A stretch of 63,644 nt of DNA, the filler included, from Octopus bimaculoides (Eukaryota): assembly GCF_001194135.2 (NCBI RefSeq). It is 12 parts of 9 records of this genome, joined end to end, with 100 filler letters (N's around TTAATTAATTAA, not from the genome) between each part and the next. Parts side by side here need not be neighbours in the genome. Positions count along the whole stretch, not along the records: positions 12,620 to 17,491 come from NC_068986.1; positions 17,592 to 28,882 come from NC_068991.1; 10 more parts are not named here. The stretch is one strand, 5' to 3'. Both the position numbers and the translations under genes were made by a program. Shown one piece after another: positions 14,437 to 25,668 of this stretch. Numbering within the stretch: the first letter of the stretch is position 1; every line of letters begins with the position of its first letter. Under the pieces are notes generated by a model, which was not told the origin of the DNA, searched no databases, and saw only the letters and a list, made by a program, of their open reading frames with translations.

Positions 14437-15150
14437 GTAACGCAAATACGATAAGGTAATCAAAATTTTCAGAAAATATCTAGACTGCAGTATGTGAATA
14501 TATTCTTACCTGTAAAGGCAATTGTTCACAACAACATGTTTCGGTTTTATGTTCACAACAACATGTTTCGTTTTTTTTTTTGTCTTTTTAGACATGGATT
14601 TATTCAATATATGCTTGAATAATTTTAAAAATTCAGTTAATTGATCTTTTGGAATTAACTCCATTTCTTGCTGATTTTAAATGTTCAGCACTCGCAAAAG
14701 GAGTTTGTGCATATTAATTACATTGATCATGTCAATAAATCTAAGTTTTTCAACTTCATCATCTTCATCATTCTTAGACAAAGTTGAACAGCCAGTTTCA
14801 TTGAAGGGACGTAACGCAAATACGATAAGGTAATGAAAATTTTCAGAAAATATCCAGAATACAATATGCAAGTAGATCTTTTATTTGTAAAGCCAATTGT
14901 TGATAGCAACGACATGTTTCGGTTTTATGGGGTCTCTTTAACGAGATTTAAATTAATCATATGTGCTTGGCTAATTTTCCCCAAAATTCAGTTAACTGAT
15001 CTTTTGGAGTTATCTTCCTTCCTTGCTGGTTTTAGATTTTTAGCACCCACAAAGGGAGTTTAATTGCTTTGATCATGTCAGAAGATCTAAGTTTTTCAAC
15101 TCCATCACCTTCATCACTGTTCGAAACAGTTAAACGATCAATCCCAACCA
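14437..15150. repeat. Diverged ~374-bp tandem duplication
   Basis: GTAACGCAAATACGATAAGGTAAT begins at both 14437 and 14811, and colinear blocks follow (CATGTTTCGGTTTTATG, AAAATTCAGTTAA, GATCATGTCA, CTAAGTTTTTCAACT). Confidence 0.8.
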
Positions 15151-15602
15151 GTTGGGATTCACAAAACGGGTTGTACTATTCGTCCTTTCGATCGTTGAAT
15201 ATAGAATGTGGCTCGCAAGATCTGCGCTCGGCTGATTTCCCTGAGTCACTATTTCACTCTTGTACGCCAATTTGGAAACATAGGTGTTTCGTTCAACATC
15301 CTTAAACAACCCTTATTCAAGAACCATTTGAGTGGGATGGGCTACTCAACCTGAAGAAAATTCTAACTGGGCCCCATCTGCAAGGTCATGTATATTTGTA
15401 CCTCAGTGTCACTTTGATGGCATGCGCTGCTCTCTCAATAAAAGGTATTATCAATTTAAAGATATTTGCTGTGTTGCTTATGCCTTTATGGTGACAGGTG
15501 TAAGCGAGTTTGGTGTTAAATGTGCGTATTACCAAAATTTTGTATCAGGTATGAGGGTGACTCTCTGCAAGATATGAGAAAGATGCAGAACTCAAAGGAT
15601 TT

Positions 15603-15619
15603 ATACTACTACTACTACC

Positions 15620-15664
<45 letters not shown>

Positions 15665-15707
15665 ACTACTACTACTACTACTACTACTACTATTACTGCT
15701 GCTGCTG

Positions 15708-15764
<57 letters not shown>

Positions 15765-15780
15765 ATAATAATAATAATGA
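15603..15780. repeat. Compound (TAC)n/(TGC)n/(TAA)n microsatellite
   Basis: Direct reading; it produces the poly-Tyr/Cys of ORF 15520..15765. Confidence 0.95.
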
Positions 15781-15844
15781 TAAATATATATTAATAGTTC
15801 AGGCTTATTGACAATGCGCATAAATAATTACTTCTAACGTAGAC

Positions 15845-16040
15845 ATAAGGTGTGATAGTTTGGCAGAGGGTTATTTGATTGAATCGATCCCATGACTTGG
15901 CTTACAGTTTTATTTCATCAATCCCAAAGGGATAAAAGACAAAGTTGACATTGACAACATTTGATTCCAGAACGAAAGGAGCTGGAAAATATATTACAAA
16001 GCATCTTCCGACATATTAGCGATTCTACCACTCCATCGCG
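15845..16040 (-). mobile_element. SINE family A, degraded
   Basis: CATAAGG...AAAGGGATAAAAGACAAAGTTGAC...TTTGATTCCAGAACG. Confidence 0.6.
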
Positions 16041-17994
16041 AAAGATAAAACAAAAATAACAACAACAACAAAAAAATACGTCTCAATTCTATTTGTTTAA
16101 GATATCTCTTAGAGAGGTTTTGCGTTCACACAAGTGAAAATCAAAACATATCTATTGTGAGAAGAAATAAACATGAATAACGAATACTTCATACAGCACA
16201 CGTAAGCAGAAGAAAACAGATATTAACTACTATAATAATATAATCTTTTATTATTGATGTTGTTGAAAGACATCTACACTATAATAAAAAAGCTACTTAT
16301 GAATTAGTTTGGAGTATGTAACTTTTACAAAAGCAAAGCATTAAAAATGCACAATGTAGAAAATTCTTATAAATTCCAATTTTAATATATATTTTTTGTT
16401 ATCAAACTGTGGTTTTATATATGCTATTATCACTCAAGATTTCGACTATACGATGTAACCACAAAACAAATCTATATTCACTGCATCATAGTTATCTTAC
16501 ACTGTTTATATTTCCAATTTAAAGTTGAACTTTAGATAAACTCATAGATTTCAGGTCCAAATGAAGGGAGATAGCTACTATCATGGTCCTTCATACTTAT
16601 AAAATAAGATTTCCATTAGCTAATCGTGCAGGAGTTGTCTCCCTTTCTTGTTCTATATTTCAGTTACCCCTTGGGAGAGTAATTATCAACTATTTGCAAC
16701 TCAGTATATTATATATGCGAGAACCTACGAACTGTGTATCGAAGAGAAACGGCATACCACGGTTGTTGTTGCTTAACCCCAGCTAAACCTGATAATCACA
16801 AATATTCCGCCTATGACTATATCTTGGGGAGTAGAGGGCACAGACTATCTAGAACTATATTATTCAATGTGGTTCTTTCTTAAACGGAACTGTAAGAGCT
16901 GGGAGAGATTTGGCCGCTATTTGTAATAAGTAGAGTTCGAGTGACCTCTGACCCTAACCCTAACCCTTCATCGTTTTATCCTTTAAAAAATCAATGTCCG
17001 TCGGTTTCATTTTCAGGTTGAATCTAATTATCTCAGTTTATCTGGGGATTGTGTAAAGCGTCATCAAACGATCTCTTTTATACAGCTCATAATTGTCATG
17101 CCATGTGTTTAAGTAATGAATCAATATTATTGGCTGTATAAACAGAGATGGGTGGGTCCGAAACCTCATTGATAAAAAAAAAAAAAGAAGCAGTACCGTT
17201 CAGCCTATTATTTTATAAAAATGTAATTATTCAAGAAATTCTAACAGAATTCGAAAATGCCGGAGATTTGGAAGAAATGCTCCGCCATCTGTTATGCATT
17301 CAGTTTATTAACAAAAAATTACCACCGTTTTCATCTTTTCATATTCTTTTTCTTGTTTCAGTCATTTGACTGCGGCCATGCTGGAGCACCGCCTTTAGTC
17401 GAACAATTCGACACCCAGGACTTATTCTTCTTTGTAAGCCTAGTACTCATTTTATCGGTCTCTTTTGCCGAAACTAAGTCACGCGAGTACCNNNNNNNNN
17501 NNNNNNNNNNNNNNNNNNNNNNNNNNNNNNNNNNNTTAATTAATTAANNNNNNNNNNNNNNNNNNNNNNNNNNNNNNNNNNNNNNNNNNNNCATAATTAT
17601 TATTGAAATTTCCAAGGGATACGTTTCCGAGTGTCCAGATTACCATCGTCTTTATCAAATTAGAAAATAAAAAATAAAAATGAAAATAAAAATAAAAATA
17701 AAATAAAGTAAATTTCATTGGTAATCTACCCTCTCGAAAATGTATTACTAGAAAGTTTCATTAAACAAGAAATTTTAAGATCGTTATGAAGAGGCTGAGT
17801 TCGATGTGAGACAAATTGTCTGAAAGTGCAGCCATCACGCAAAAAACAAAAAAAAAAACAAAATCTTTTACAACTTTTTCAGACACAAGTGTAATCTATT
17901 CTATCTAAAGCGTATCTCCTGAAAATTTCATTAAAAAAATTAGCATTTTAAAGTGAAATATGGGGAAACAAAACCAGGATAGCACACTCGTTAA

Positions 17995-18330
17995 CATATG
18001 GGCGGAGGCGTAAGAAGTTTGATTCCTAACTACATGGTTCTGGGTTCAGTCCCACTGCGTGGCACCTTGGACAATATCTTCTACTGTAGCCTCGAGCTGC
18101 GTCGTATATGTGTGTGTGTGTCTCTCTCTCTCTCTGTCTTTGTGTGTTTGTTCCTCACCACTGCTTGACAACCGGTGCTGGTGTGCTTACGTCCTCGTAA
18201 TTCTCTTAGAGACCGATAGAATAAGTACCAGCTTTTACAAAAAAATAAGCACTGAGGTCGATAAGTTCGACAAAATCTTTCAAGGCCGTGCCCCATTCAG
18301 TCTAATAACAGAAACAACTAAAAGATAAAA
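17995..18330 (+). mobile_element. SINE family B
   Basis: CACATGG-like head, GGGTTCAGTCCCACTGCGTGGCACCTTGG, internal (TG)n, GACCGATAGAATAAGTACCAG. Confidence 0.8.
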
Positions 18331-18539
18331 GGTACACACACACTTCGAAAAAGTATATTTATTTTTCTTTAACAAGAATAGTATTGATACTAACTTGGAA
18401 GTTTCGACCAGCTAAGCTGTCATCGGATTACGTGCTACTTCATACAAAAGTACGGAGTAACCCTTCAGATTAATGTAAAATTATTTTTATTATGACTAAA
18501 CATAAAAACAGACATTAATACACAAGCACACACAATGCA

Positions 18540-18575
<36 letters not shown>

Positions 18576-18578
18576 AAC

Positions 18579-18920
18579 GTGGAGGCGCAATGGCCTGGTG
18601 CTTAGGGCAGCGGACTCGCGGTTTCGATTCCCAGACCGGGCGTTGTGAGTGTTTATTGAGCGAAAACACCTAATGCTTCATGAGGCTCCGGCAGGGGATG
18701 GTGGCGAACCCCGCTGTACTCTTTCACCACAACTTTCTCTCACTCTTACTTCCTGTTTCTGTTGTACCTGTACTTCAAAGGGTCAGCCTTGTCACACTTT
18801 GTGTCACGCTGAATCTCCCCCGAGAACTACGTTAAGGGTACACGTGTCTGTGGAGTGCTCAGCTTGCACGTTAATTTCACGAGCAGGCTGTTCCGTTGAT
18901 CGGGTCAACTGGAACCTTCG
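18579..18920 (+). mobile_element. SINE family C
   Basis: GTGGAGGCGCAATGG...GGTTTCGATTCCCAGACCGGGCGTTGTGAGTG; reverse complement of 12628-13013. Confidence 0.85.
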
Positions 18921-19393
18921 TGTGCATAAACATATAGATATTTATATACTTAGAGAACAGATTTACATGCAGTACAAAAATATAGAAAACTAAGGGGAGA
19001 GTACATGGTATTTCATATGTATTTATACGCACACATATACAGTTGGAATCTGAGGTCTCTTTAGCGCTATTGTAACCGAGCCAACAACCGAGAACAGTTA
19101 GTCAGTTAAACTTAATGTACGCCCTGTCACCGCTTCTCTCCTTCACCGCTGCCTTACCCTTCGCTCTTACCAGCAGTCCAGACCACGTTAGTCAGTGGAA
19201 TTCGGTATGCCTTGACAATTGAAAAGGGTTATTGTTATATTGGACCATTTTTAGAATAACGAATGTTTTTCTGTATTTTGGTAATGAAAAATTTCTAATA
19301 CACATACAGATTACATAGACACATATACAGACTGCATCAATATCATATATGTATATAGTTCGACGCTCTAACCACTGAGCCATGCGCCTTCAC

Positions 19394-19430
<37 letters not shown>

Positions 19431-20319
19431 GTGATGATAACACACACACACACACACACACACATACACACACACACACGCACACACACACATATATGTT
19501 GTTAACACATCCAACAACGACGCCACCCTTCGCAATAATACCATCTCATGACTTCCTACTTTTCTCTCGACTCACGACTTCCACTTCTCTCAATCTCCTG
19601 GCTGCTCACACCCTCCCTCTCCCTGCTCTGCCTCTCCTAGCTCGTCTTATCCTTCCTCTACTTCAACATTGCCATCTCCTCTTGAATCGCCTACTTCCTC
19701 CTTCCATCAACTTCTATTTGCTTTCTTTTTCATCCATTCTACCCTTAAACTCCCTGTATTATAATCTGAAATGTTAGATGCCAAACTCTCCAGCCTGAAA
19801 ACGGAGGCCGGACTTACGGTAATGTTTATATTTATCCACTACTGGTTGCATACCCTTGACTTCTTGCACGCTCCATCTGCCAACAATATAACTATTACAT
19901 AATTCCGAAACCCCAGAAACAGCTGTAGGACCTGAAATACCATACCCTCTCCTCTAAATTTTCTGTATTTTTTGTACACCATGTAAATTTGTTCTGTAAA
20001 TATATAAATATCTATATACTTATACATGAACGTTCATCTGAATATTTTCAGTTTTTGTTTCTCTCTCTCTCTCTCCACATATCCATATATATCCCTATAA
20101 ATATTTACCTGTGTATATGTATGTATATAGGTATATTTTATATATCAAGGCCAAAATGTTTATCTGATTCATTATCTCCATATCAGGTCACTTAGATTTC
20201 TCTTATAGCCACTCTCGTTCGTAGACTTAGTTGTCTATAAAGATTTCGGAGTGTGAGTTCAAATCATTTGAACATTACTACATGGTTTCTATATTGAGCA
20301 TTTCTGGATCTCACTTGCT

Positions 20320-20351
<32 letters not shown>

Positions 20352-20444
20352 NNNNNNNNNNCATTACGCCAATAAAGATAACTCAAGTAAAGGTTCAATA
20401 TTATTTCTTTATTGTTAGTCAATTGGTTAAATATCTAACCATTT

Positions 20445-20735
20445 AACTATGGTTCTGGGTTCAGTCCCACTGCGTGGCATCTTGGGCAAGTGTCCTCTAC
20501 TATAGCCTCGGATTTGGTAGTCGTATATATGTATATATATATGTGTGTTTGTCGCCCCAGCATCGCTTGACAACCGATGCTGGTGTGTTTACGTCCTCGT
20601 AACTTAGCGGTTCGGCAAAAGTGAACGATAGAATAAGTATTAGGCTAACAAAGAATGAGTCCTGGGGTCGATTTGCTCGACTAAAGGCGGTGCTCCAGCA
20701 TGGGCGCAGTCAAATGACTGAAACAAATAAAAGAG
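20445..20735 (+). mobile_element. SINE family B
   Basis: GGGTTCAGTCCCACTGCGTGGC...CCTGGGGTCGATTTGCTCGACTAAAGGCGGTGCTCCAGCATG. Confidence 0.8.
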
Positions 20736-21669
20736 TATATATACATACACCAGCTTAATATGTTTTTCTCATTCATTATCTTCCTAGACAGTTATCGCAG
20801 CGGAGGTCTTCCCACGTTTGAGTGCACACGAATGGGTTAAATATATACATATACAGTTTTATTTTAATCGTTGCTGTCTTGTATGACTTTCATTATTTCC
20901 GGTTTAACAAAGCTTTGCACATGCCAGCAAATATATTTTTTGCTGTTTGTATATAAGAACAACTACTATTATTGGGCTATGCCTGACGGATTCAGTTTCT
21001 ATAACTGATGAAGCTTAACATGTGCTTTACAGTCTGATGACGTTATTCATACCCAATTTCAGCGTGTTTTTCACACATTTTTGTAAAACGAATTTGTCTT
21101 CATAGGCAGTTACCGCAGCGAATGTCTTTCTAGAAATGAGATAGGCGCAGACGTGGCTGTGTCGTAAGAAGGCTGCTTTCTAACCACATATCATACCTCA
21201 TATATGTATATATGTATTATTATTATAAGAAAGTTATGTAATTCTGTGATATTATGCATGTACAGATACGTATATTGATGTATAATTCAGTTTCACACCG
21301 TGCCAGAACACTTTTTGAAATGCATAGCGTACCTTTATGTATCACTGAATTTTTAACATGTACAAATCTTAATATTTGGCACATTCGCACTTATCACCAC
21401 TCAAATTTTTAATCGCACAAAAATGTCTCGATCTCCAATATATAACATAATTCTCTCTTTAGTTTTACTTTTTACAAATTCTATTGGGTCTCGCTTATAT
21501 AAACCCCGCCTACAAGACAACCATCATTCCATACATCAACGGTGAACTTAGAAATGACAATAGAACTTAAAGTCTGATTTATGATGTGTCTTCGAAGTAA
21601 CTGCTAATTTTTACTTTGTGAAAAAAAAAATATCATCTATATGTACGCATTTGGTGTTTTTAGTTCAAG

Positions 21670-22039
21670 CAGTGGTTCTCAACCGGCATGCATATGACCC
21701 TTTGGGGTTCATAAAAGATTTTTGGGGTCCACACAAGCAGAATCGTGCATTGGGTCCACACAAGCAAAATAGTACATTGGGTCCACGCAAGCAAACAGTA
21801 CATTGGATCCACAATAGTTTATCTAAGGATTCACGAAAAAGTTTGCTTTAGATGTATTTATTGCAAGAAACAGCTAGGTTTCTGTGAGGTTTTACATAGT
21901 TCAACTTACACAAGGGAATGCGTGATAAACAAAATAAAAATTTAACCAATCGTTTTAAACATCGAATGGTTATAGGGGTCCACCAGAACAAAATAGTAAT
22001 GAAAGGGGTGCCTACTTAAAAAATGGTTGAGAACCACTG
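21670..22039. mobile_element. hAT-superfamily MITE
   Basis: Perfect 15-bp TIRs CAGTGGTTCTCAACC / GGTTGAGAACCACTG. The flanks AGTTCAAG and AGTTAAAG give a 7/8 match to an 8-bp TSD. Internal ~27-bp tandem repeats (GGGTCCACACAAGCA...). Confidence 0.85.
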
Positions 22040-22299
22040 AGTTAAAGGTCGAATGTTTCAATGCTTAATTATATATAAAATATTCACATTACTATATGCG
22101 TAGTTGTGTGTTTGTGTGCGCAGACCAGACGTAGGAATGGTGTAGTTGTCCTTAGTCAGAATCATGCAAAGCAAACGTGTATGTTACTGGCATATAACGA
22201 AGTTAATTTTGGTAATACTTCTGTTTGCCTACCTCGAAATTACAAACTCTCTAATTATCACAATTTTATTTATTTATCTAATAATAAGTTTACCTTTCT

Positions 22300-22315
22300 A
22301 AATTTTTTTTTTCAG
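22300..22315 (+). promoter_or_regulatory. Splice acceptor of a 5'-UTR intron of UGT-A
   Basis: Poly-T tract then CAG (AG at 22314-22315), 21 nt upstream of the ATG. Confidence 0.7.
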
Positions 22316-22336
22316 ATCATAACTACATGAAAGACC

Positions 22337-23851
22337 ATGAAGATTTTGCCCATCTCAATATTGGTGCTATCCACTGTTATTCTTTTACCGACAGTGAACA
22401 GCAAAAATATTTTATACTTAGCGTGGCCCGCCTACAGTCACCTGAATTCAATGATTTCTATTGCAAACGAATTGGCAAAGTATGGGCATAACAACTATTT
22501 TATATTAGATAGAAATTACACCAAAACTTTCCAAAATCAGCAAAGCATAAATATTCTACCAATGGATGAAATTCCAGAAATGGAATTAATGCGATTTGAT
22601 GCACAAAAGCAAGAAAAATCAAAACAAATATACGTGATGCGACAGCTTCTGAACACGTTTCCTATGATCTGCGATAGATTTTTAAGGAATGAAAAATGGA
22701 TAGAATCATTGCGAGCCGTCAATGCCAGTTTAGCTGTGATCAATGGAATATTCATGACAAACTGTCTTACAATAATCCCTTATCAATTGTCAATTCCATT
22801 TGTTCTCACGGCATCTGAGATATATCCTAGTCTTCATCGTATTCCATGGCTCCCAACTGTTTTCCCAAATAGTATGCTCACATCCTCCGATAAGATGACA
22901 TATTCAGAAAAGTTAATAAGTACTTTGGCTGCTATTTTAGACTATACTATTCCTCCTATTGGAGCGCCTACACACAGTGTCAAAACATACGCTAAAGACA
23001 AACCCGATATTTCATTCACAGATTTGCTACATCAGGCACAGTTTTTTCTTATTGAAAAAGATGTACTTCTAGATTATCCGCTACCCCAACTTCCAAATGT
23101 AAGATATGTTGGTGGCCTGGCTGCAAAACGTTCAATATCTTTGAAGGGAGAATTACTGAAATTCGTAAATGCTTCCACGAATGGAATAGTTGTGGTGTCA
23201 TTTGGCAGTAATATCAATGATTTCCCTGCTGTTCAGCTAGAAAAGCTACAGAGCGCATTGAAACAAATAAAATATGATGTTGTGTGGAGACAGAAGAAAA
23301 CATCATTTTCTCATAAGAATATTTATATCAGTGATTGGGTACCACAAAATGATCTGCTTGGCCATCCTAAAACTAAATTATTTGTTACTCATTGTGGAAA
23401 TAGCGGTCAGTTTGAAGCTTTGGTCCATGGTGTGCCAATGCTGGGAATACCTTTATTTGCAGACCAACATTATAACTCTCGCAGAATGACCGAGAAAGGA
23501 TATGGTTTGTCTCTAGATATAGAAAACTTTACTCCAGGGGAATTAATAGAGAAAATAAAAGAACTAATTGAAAATAAAACATATTCTGAGAAAATTAAAA
23601 GAGCTAGTGAAATATTCCACTCCCGACCCGAATATCCAGCGAAGAAATCAGCCCGCCATATTGATCACATCTTGAAATACGGTGGAGAATATCTAAAATC
23701 TCCATGTCAAGAGAGTCAATTGTATGAATTTTTCATGATCGATGTATTGGCTCCTATATTTGCAGTAACATGATTTTTGATATATTTAATATATCTAAGT
23801 GTGAAAAAATGTTTATCGTTTTGTTGCAAGAAAAAAACGAAGACTGACTAA
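22337..23851 (+). CDS. UDP-glycosyltransferase (UGT-A), ER-membrane type, with an in-frame TGA at 23771-23773 inside the transmembrane helix
   Basis: Signal peptide, His35, and UGT signature WVPQNDLLGHPKTKLFVTHCGNSGQFEALVHGVPMLGIPLFADQ. After the TGA the frame reads FLIYLIYLSVKKCLSFCCKKKTKTD-TAA (23849-23851). That gives 504 codons, the same length as UGT-B, and ends in a KxKxx ER-retrieval motif. Confidence 0.93.
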
Positions 23852-24555
23852 AATAATTGCTTTGGTGTAAATTATATTTGTTTTATGTAAATTAAAGTCA
23901 GAAACGTTCAGGGTTTTAAAACTTCAATAGAAACTAAGAACATATTTTTCTGTAGAAATTATACTCATGTTGAAATGTTTACCTTGTTTACAATGGTTTT
24001 TATGTGTAGTGTGTGTACTTTAGGGCTTTAATATCTGTATGGCGAGTTAGCTAATGGCTACACTTCATTATTTCCAGTCATTTTGCTAAAATCGTACAAA
24101 AGTACATCCTTAACGATTTTCTAAGCGTTTAGTCCACCTTATTTTCACATTTTTGCTCCTACGTCATCATCTCGAAATAAAAAAGTAAATGAATCTCCCT
24201 TTCCTTTACAACAGAGTGTTACACTATTGTCTGAAGACAATAATTCTTGCAAACAAATTTATATAATAGAAAACTTGAATAACATGTATCTCAGTAAGAG
24301 GGCGGTGCATTGTGATAAAGTGAAGCTGGTATACTACAGTGAGCGGTTTAGCGGGACATACCTTTAAGAGCAGGTACACACAACTTATATACTCTTTTAC
24401 ATGTTTTTTCTTCATTTTCTTTGAATATTTCCTTTTCCCTTCTGCCTTGTTTTCTAATTCTTATCTGTCTTTCTTTTTCCAGCTACCTGCTCCCACAACT
24501 CTTTGTTTTATAGTTTCCTGAGATTTATTTTATTGTTTTTCATTTAATTAATCCT

Positions 24556-24766
24556 TTCTACAATAGACACAAGGCCTGAAATTTTGGGGGAGGGGGCTAG
24601 TCAATTATATCAACCCCGGCTCTTAAATGGTATTTATTTCATCGATTCCGAAAGGATGAAAATCTAAGTCGACATCGACGAAATTTGAACTCGAAACGTA
24701 AAGACCGACTAAATGCTGCTAAGCACTTTGTCCGGCGGGCTAACGATCCCGCCAACTTACCGCCTT
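24556..24766 (-). mobile_element. SINE family A (left copy of an inverted pair)
   Basis: CACAAGGCCTGAAATTTTGGGGG...CCGAAAGGATGAAA...AAGTCGAC...TTTGAACTC. Confidence 0.8.
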
Positions 24767-24807
24767 TTTACTTAGTTATATAATTTTTAACTTGCTTTTT
24801 TCATATA

Positions 24808-24933
24808 CCACCGAGGTCGACTTTGCCTTTCATCCTTTCGGGGTCGATAAATTAAGTATCAGTTGCGTACTGAGGTCGATCTAATCGACTGGCCCCTCCC
24901 CAAAAATTTCGGGCCTTGTACCTAGAGTAGAAA
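24808..24933 (+). mobile_element. SINE family A, 5'-truncated (right copy of the inverted pair)
   Basis: CCGAGGTCGACTTTGCCTTTCATCCTTTCGGGGTCGATAAATTAAGTA...GGGCCTTGTACC. Confidence 0.85.
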
Positions 24934-25668
24934 CTTGCTTCTATCATATATACTTTTCCTTATATTAATATAATGATATAATAATGAGGAGAACGATTGA
25001 GAATATACTGGCTTGTAGACATGGTAGGAAAGTCCTGTTGCAGCAAAAGTAGTATGGCGCTCAGTTCTGATGGAATTTTTTTTAATCGTCCAGCAGGGTT
25101 TTCATATTCTAGCATCACACCCATAGATGTGTCCGTCGCTAGTTTATATTTTTATATTTCACAATTATGCTTTTACATTTGTTGCTTCCCCCAAATCGAA
25201 CAACCATCAATCGAGTAAAGTGAACGGCTTAAGGAGCAGGCAATGTATTGGATACCTTTCTATTTCCCCCTCCCCTCCAGGAACTAAGTGAGTTGTGTTT
25301 TTAAATAAGGCAACATAGTCAGGTGATTCCACCCAATTCTTCTCACTGTCAAGACTGAAGAAAACAGTGTTAAGATAAATCTCCTGCTGCCTAATGTGCA
25401 GGTTTGTGACTATGTTTTCAACTGATCAACGTCACCACGCACTCATAATCAAAGGACTTTGAGAGACCGTTTCGATAAGACTGGCTATTTTGTTGTATTC
25501 TTTATAGTATATTTCAATGTCAAGTAGTACAAGTTCTAAGAGATATAATATACTGCGATGAGTCAAAGTTCTTCTACCTCATAGAAATTTTACTGATAGA
25601 CATTTGTACAGTATGGATTTTACTACTTTATTTATAAAGTTTTTATAATTGTAAAATTATTTTTAATT

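Noticed and set aside
21720-21815. CRISPR-like repeat-spacer array
   Set aside because: The whole ~27-bp unit repeats, with no unique spacers. It lies inside a hAT MITE in a eukaryotic context with no cas genes.
23771-23773. Selenocysteine codon in UGT-A
   Set aside because: The position is mid-TM and aligns to Ile in the paralogue. UGTs are not known selenoproteins, and I see no convincing SECIS (not computationally tested).
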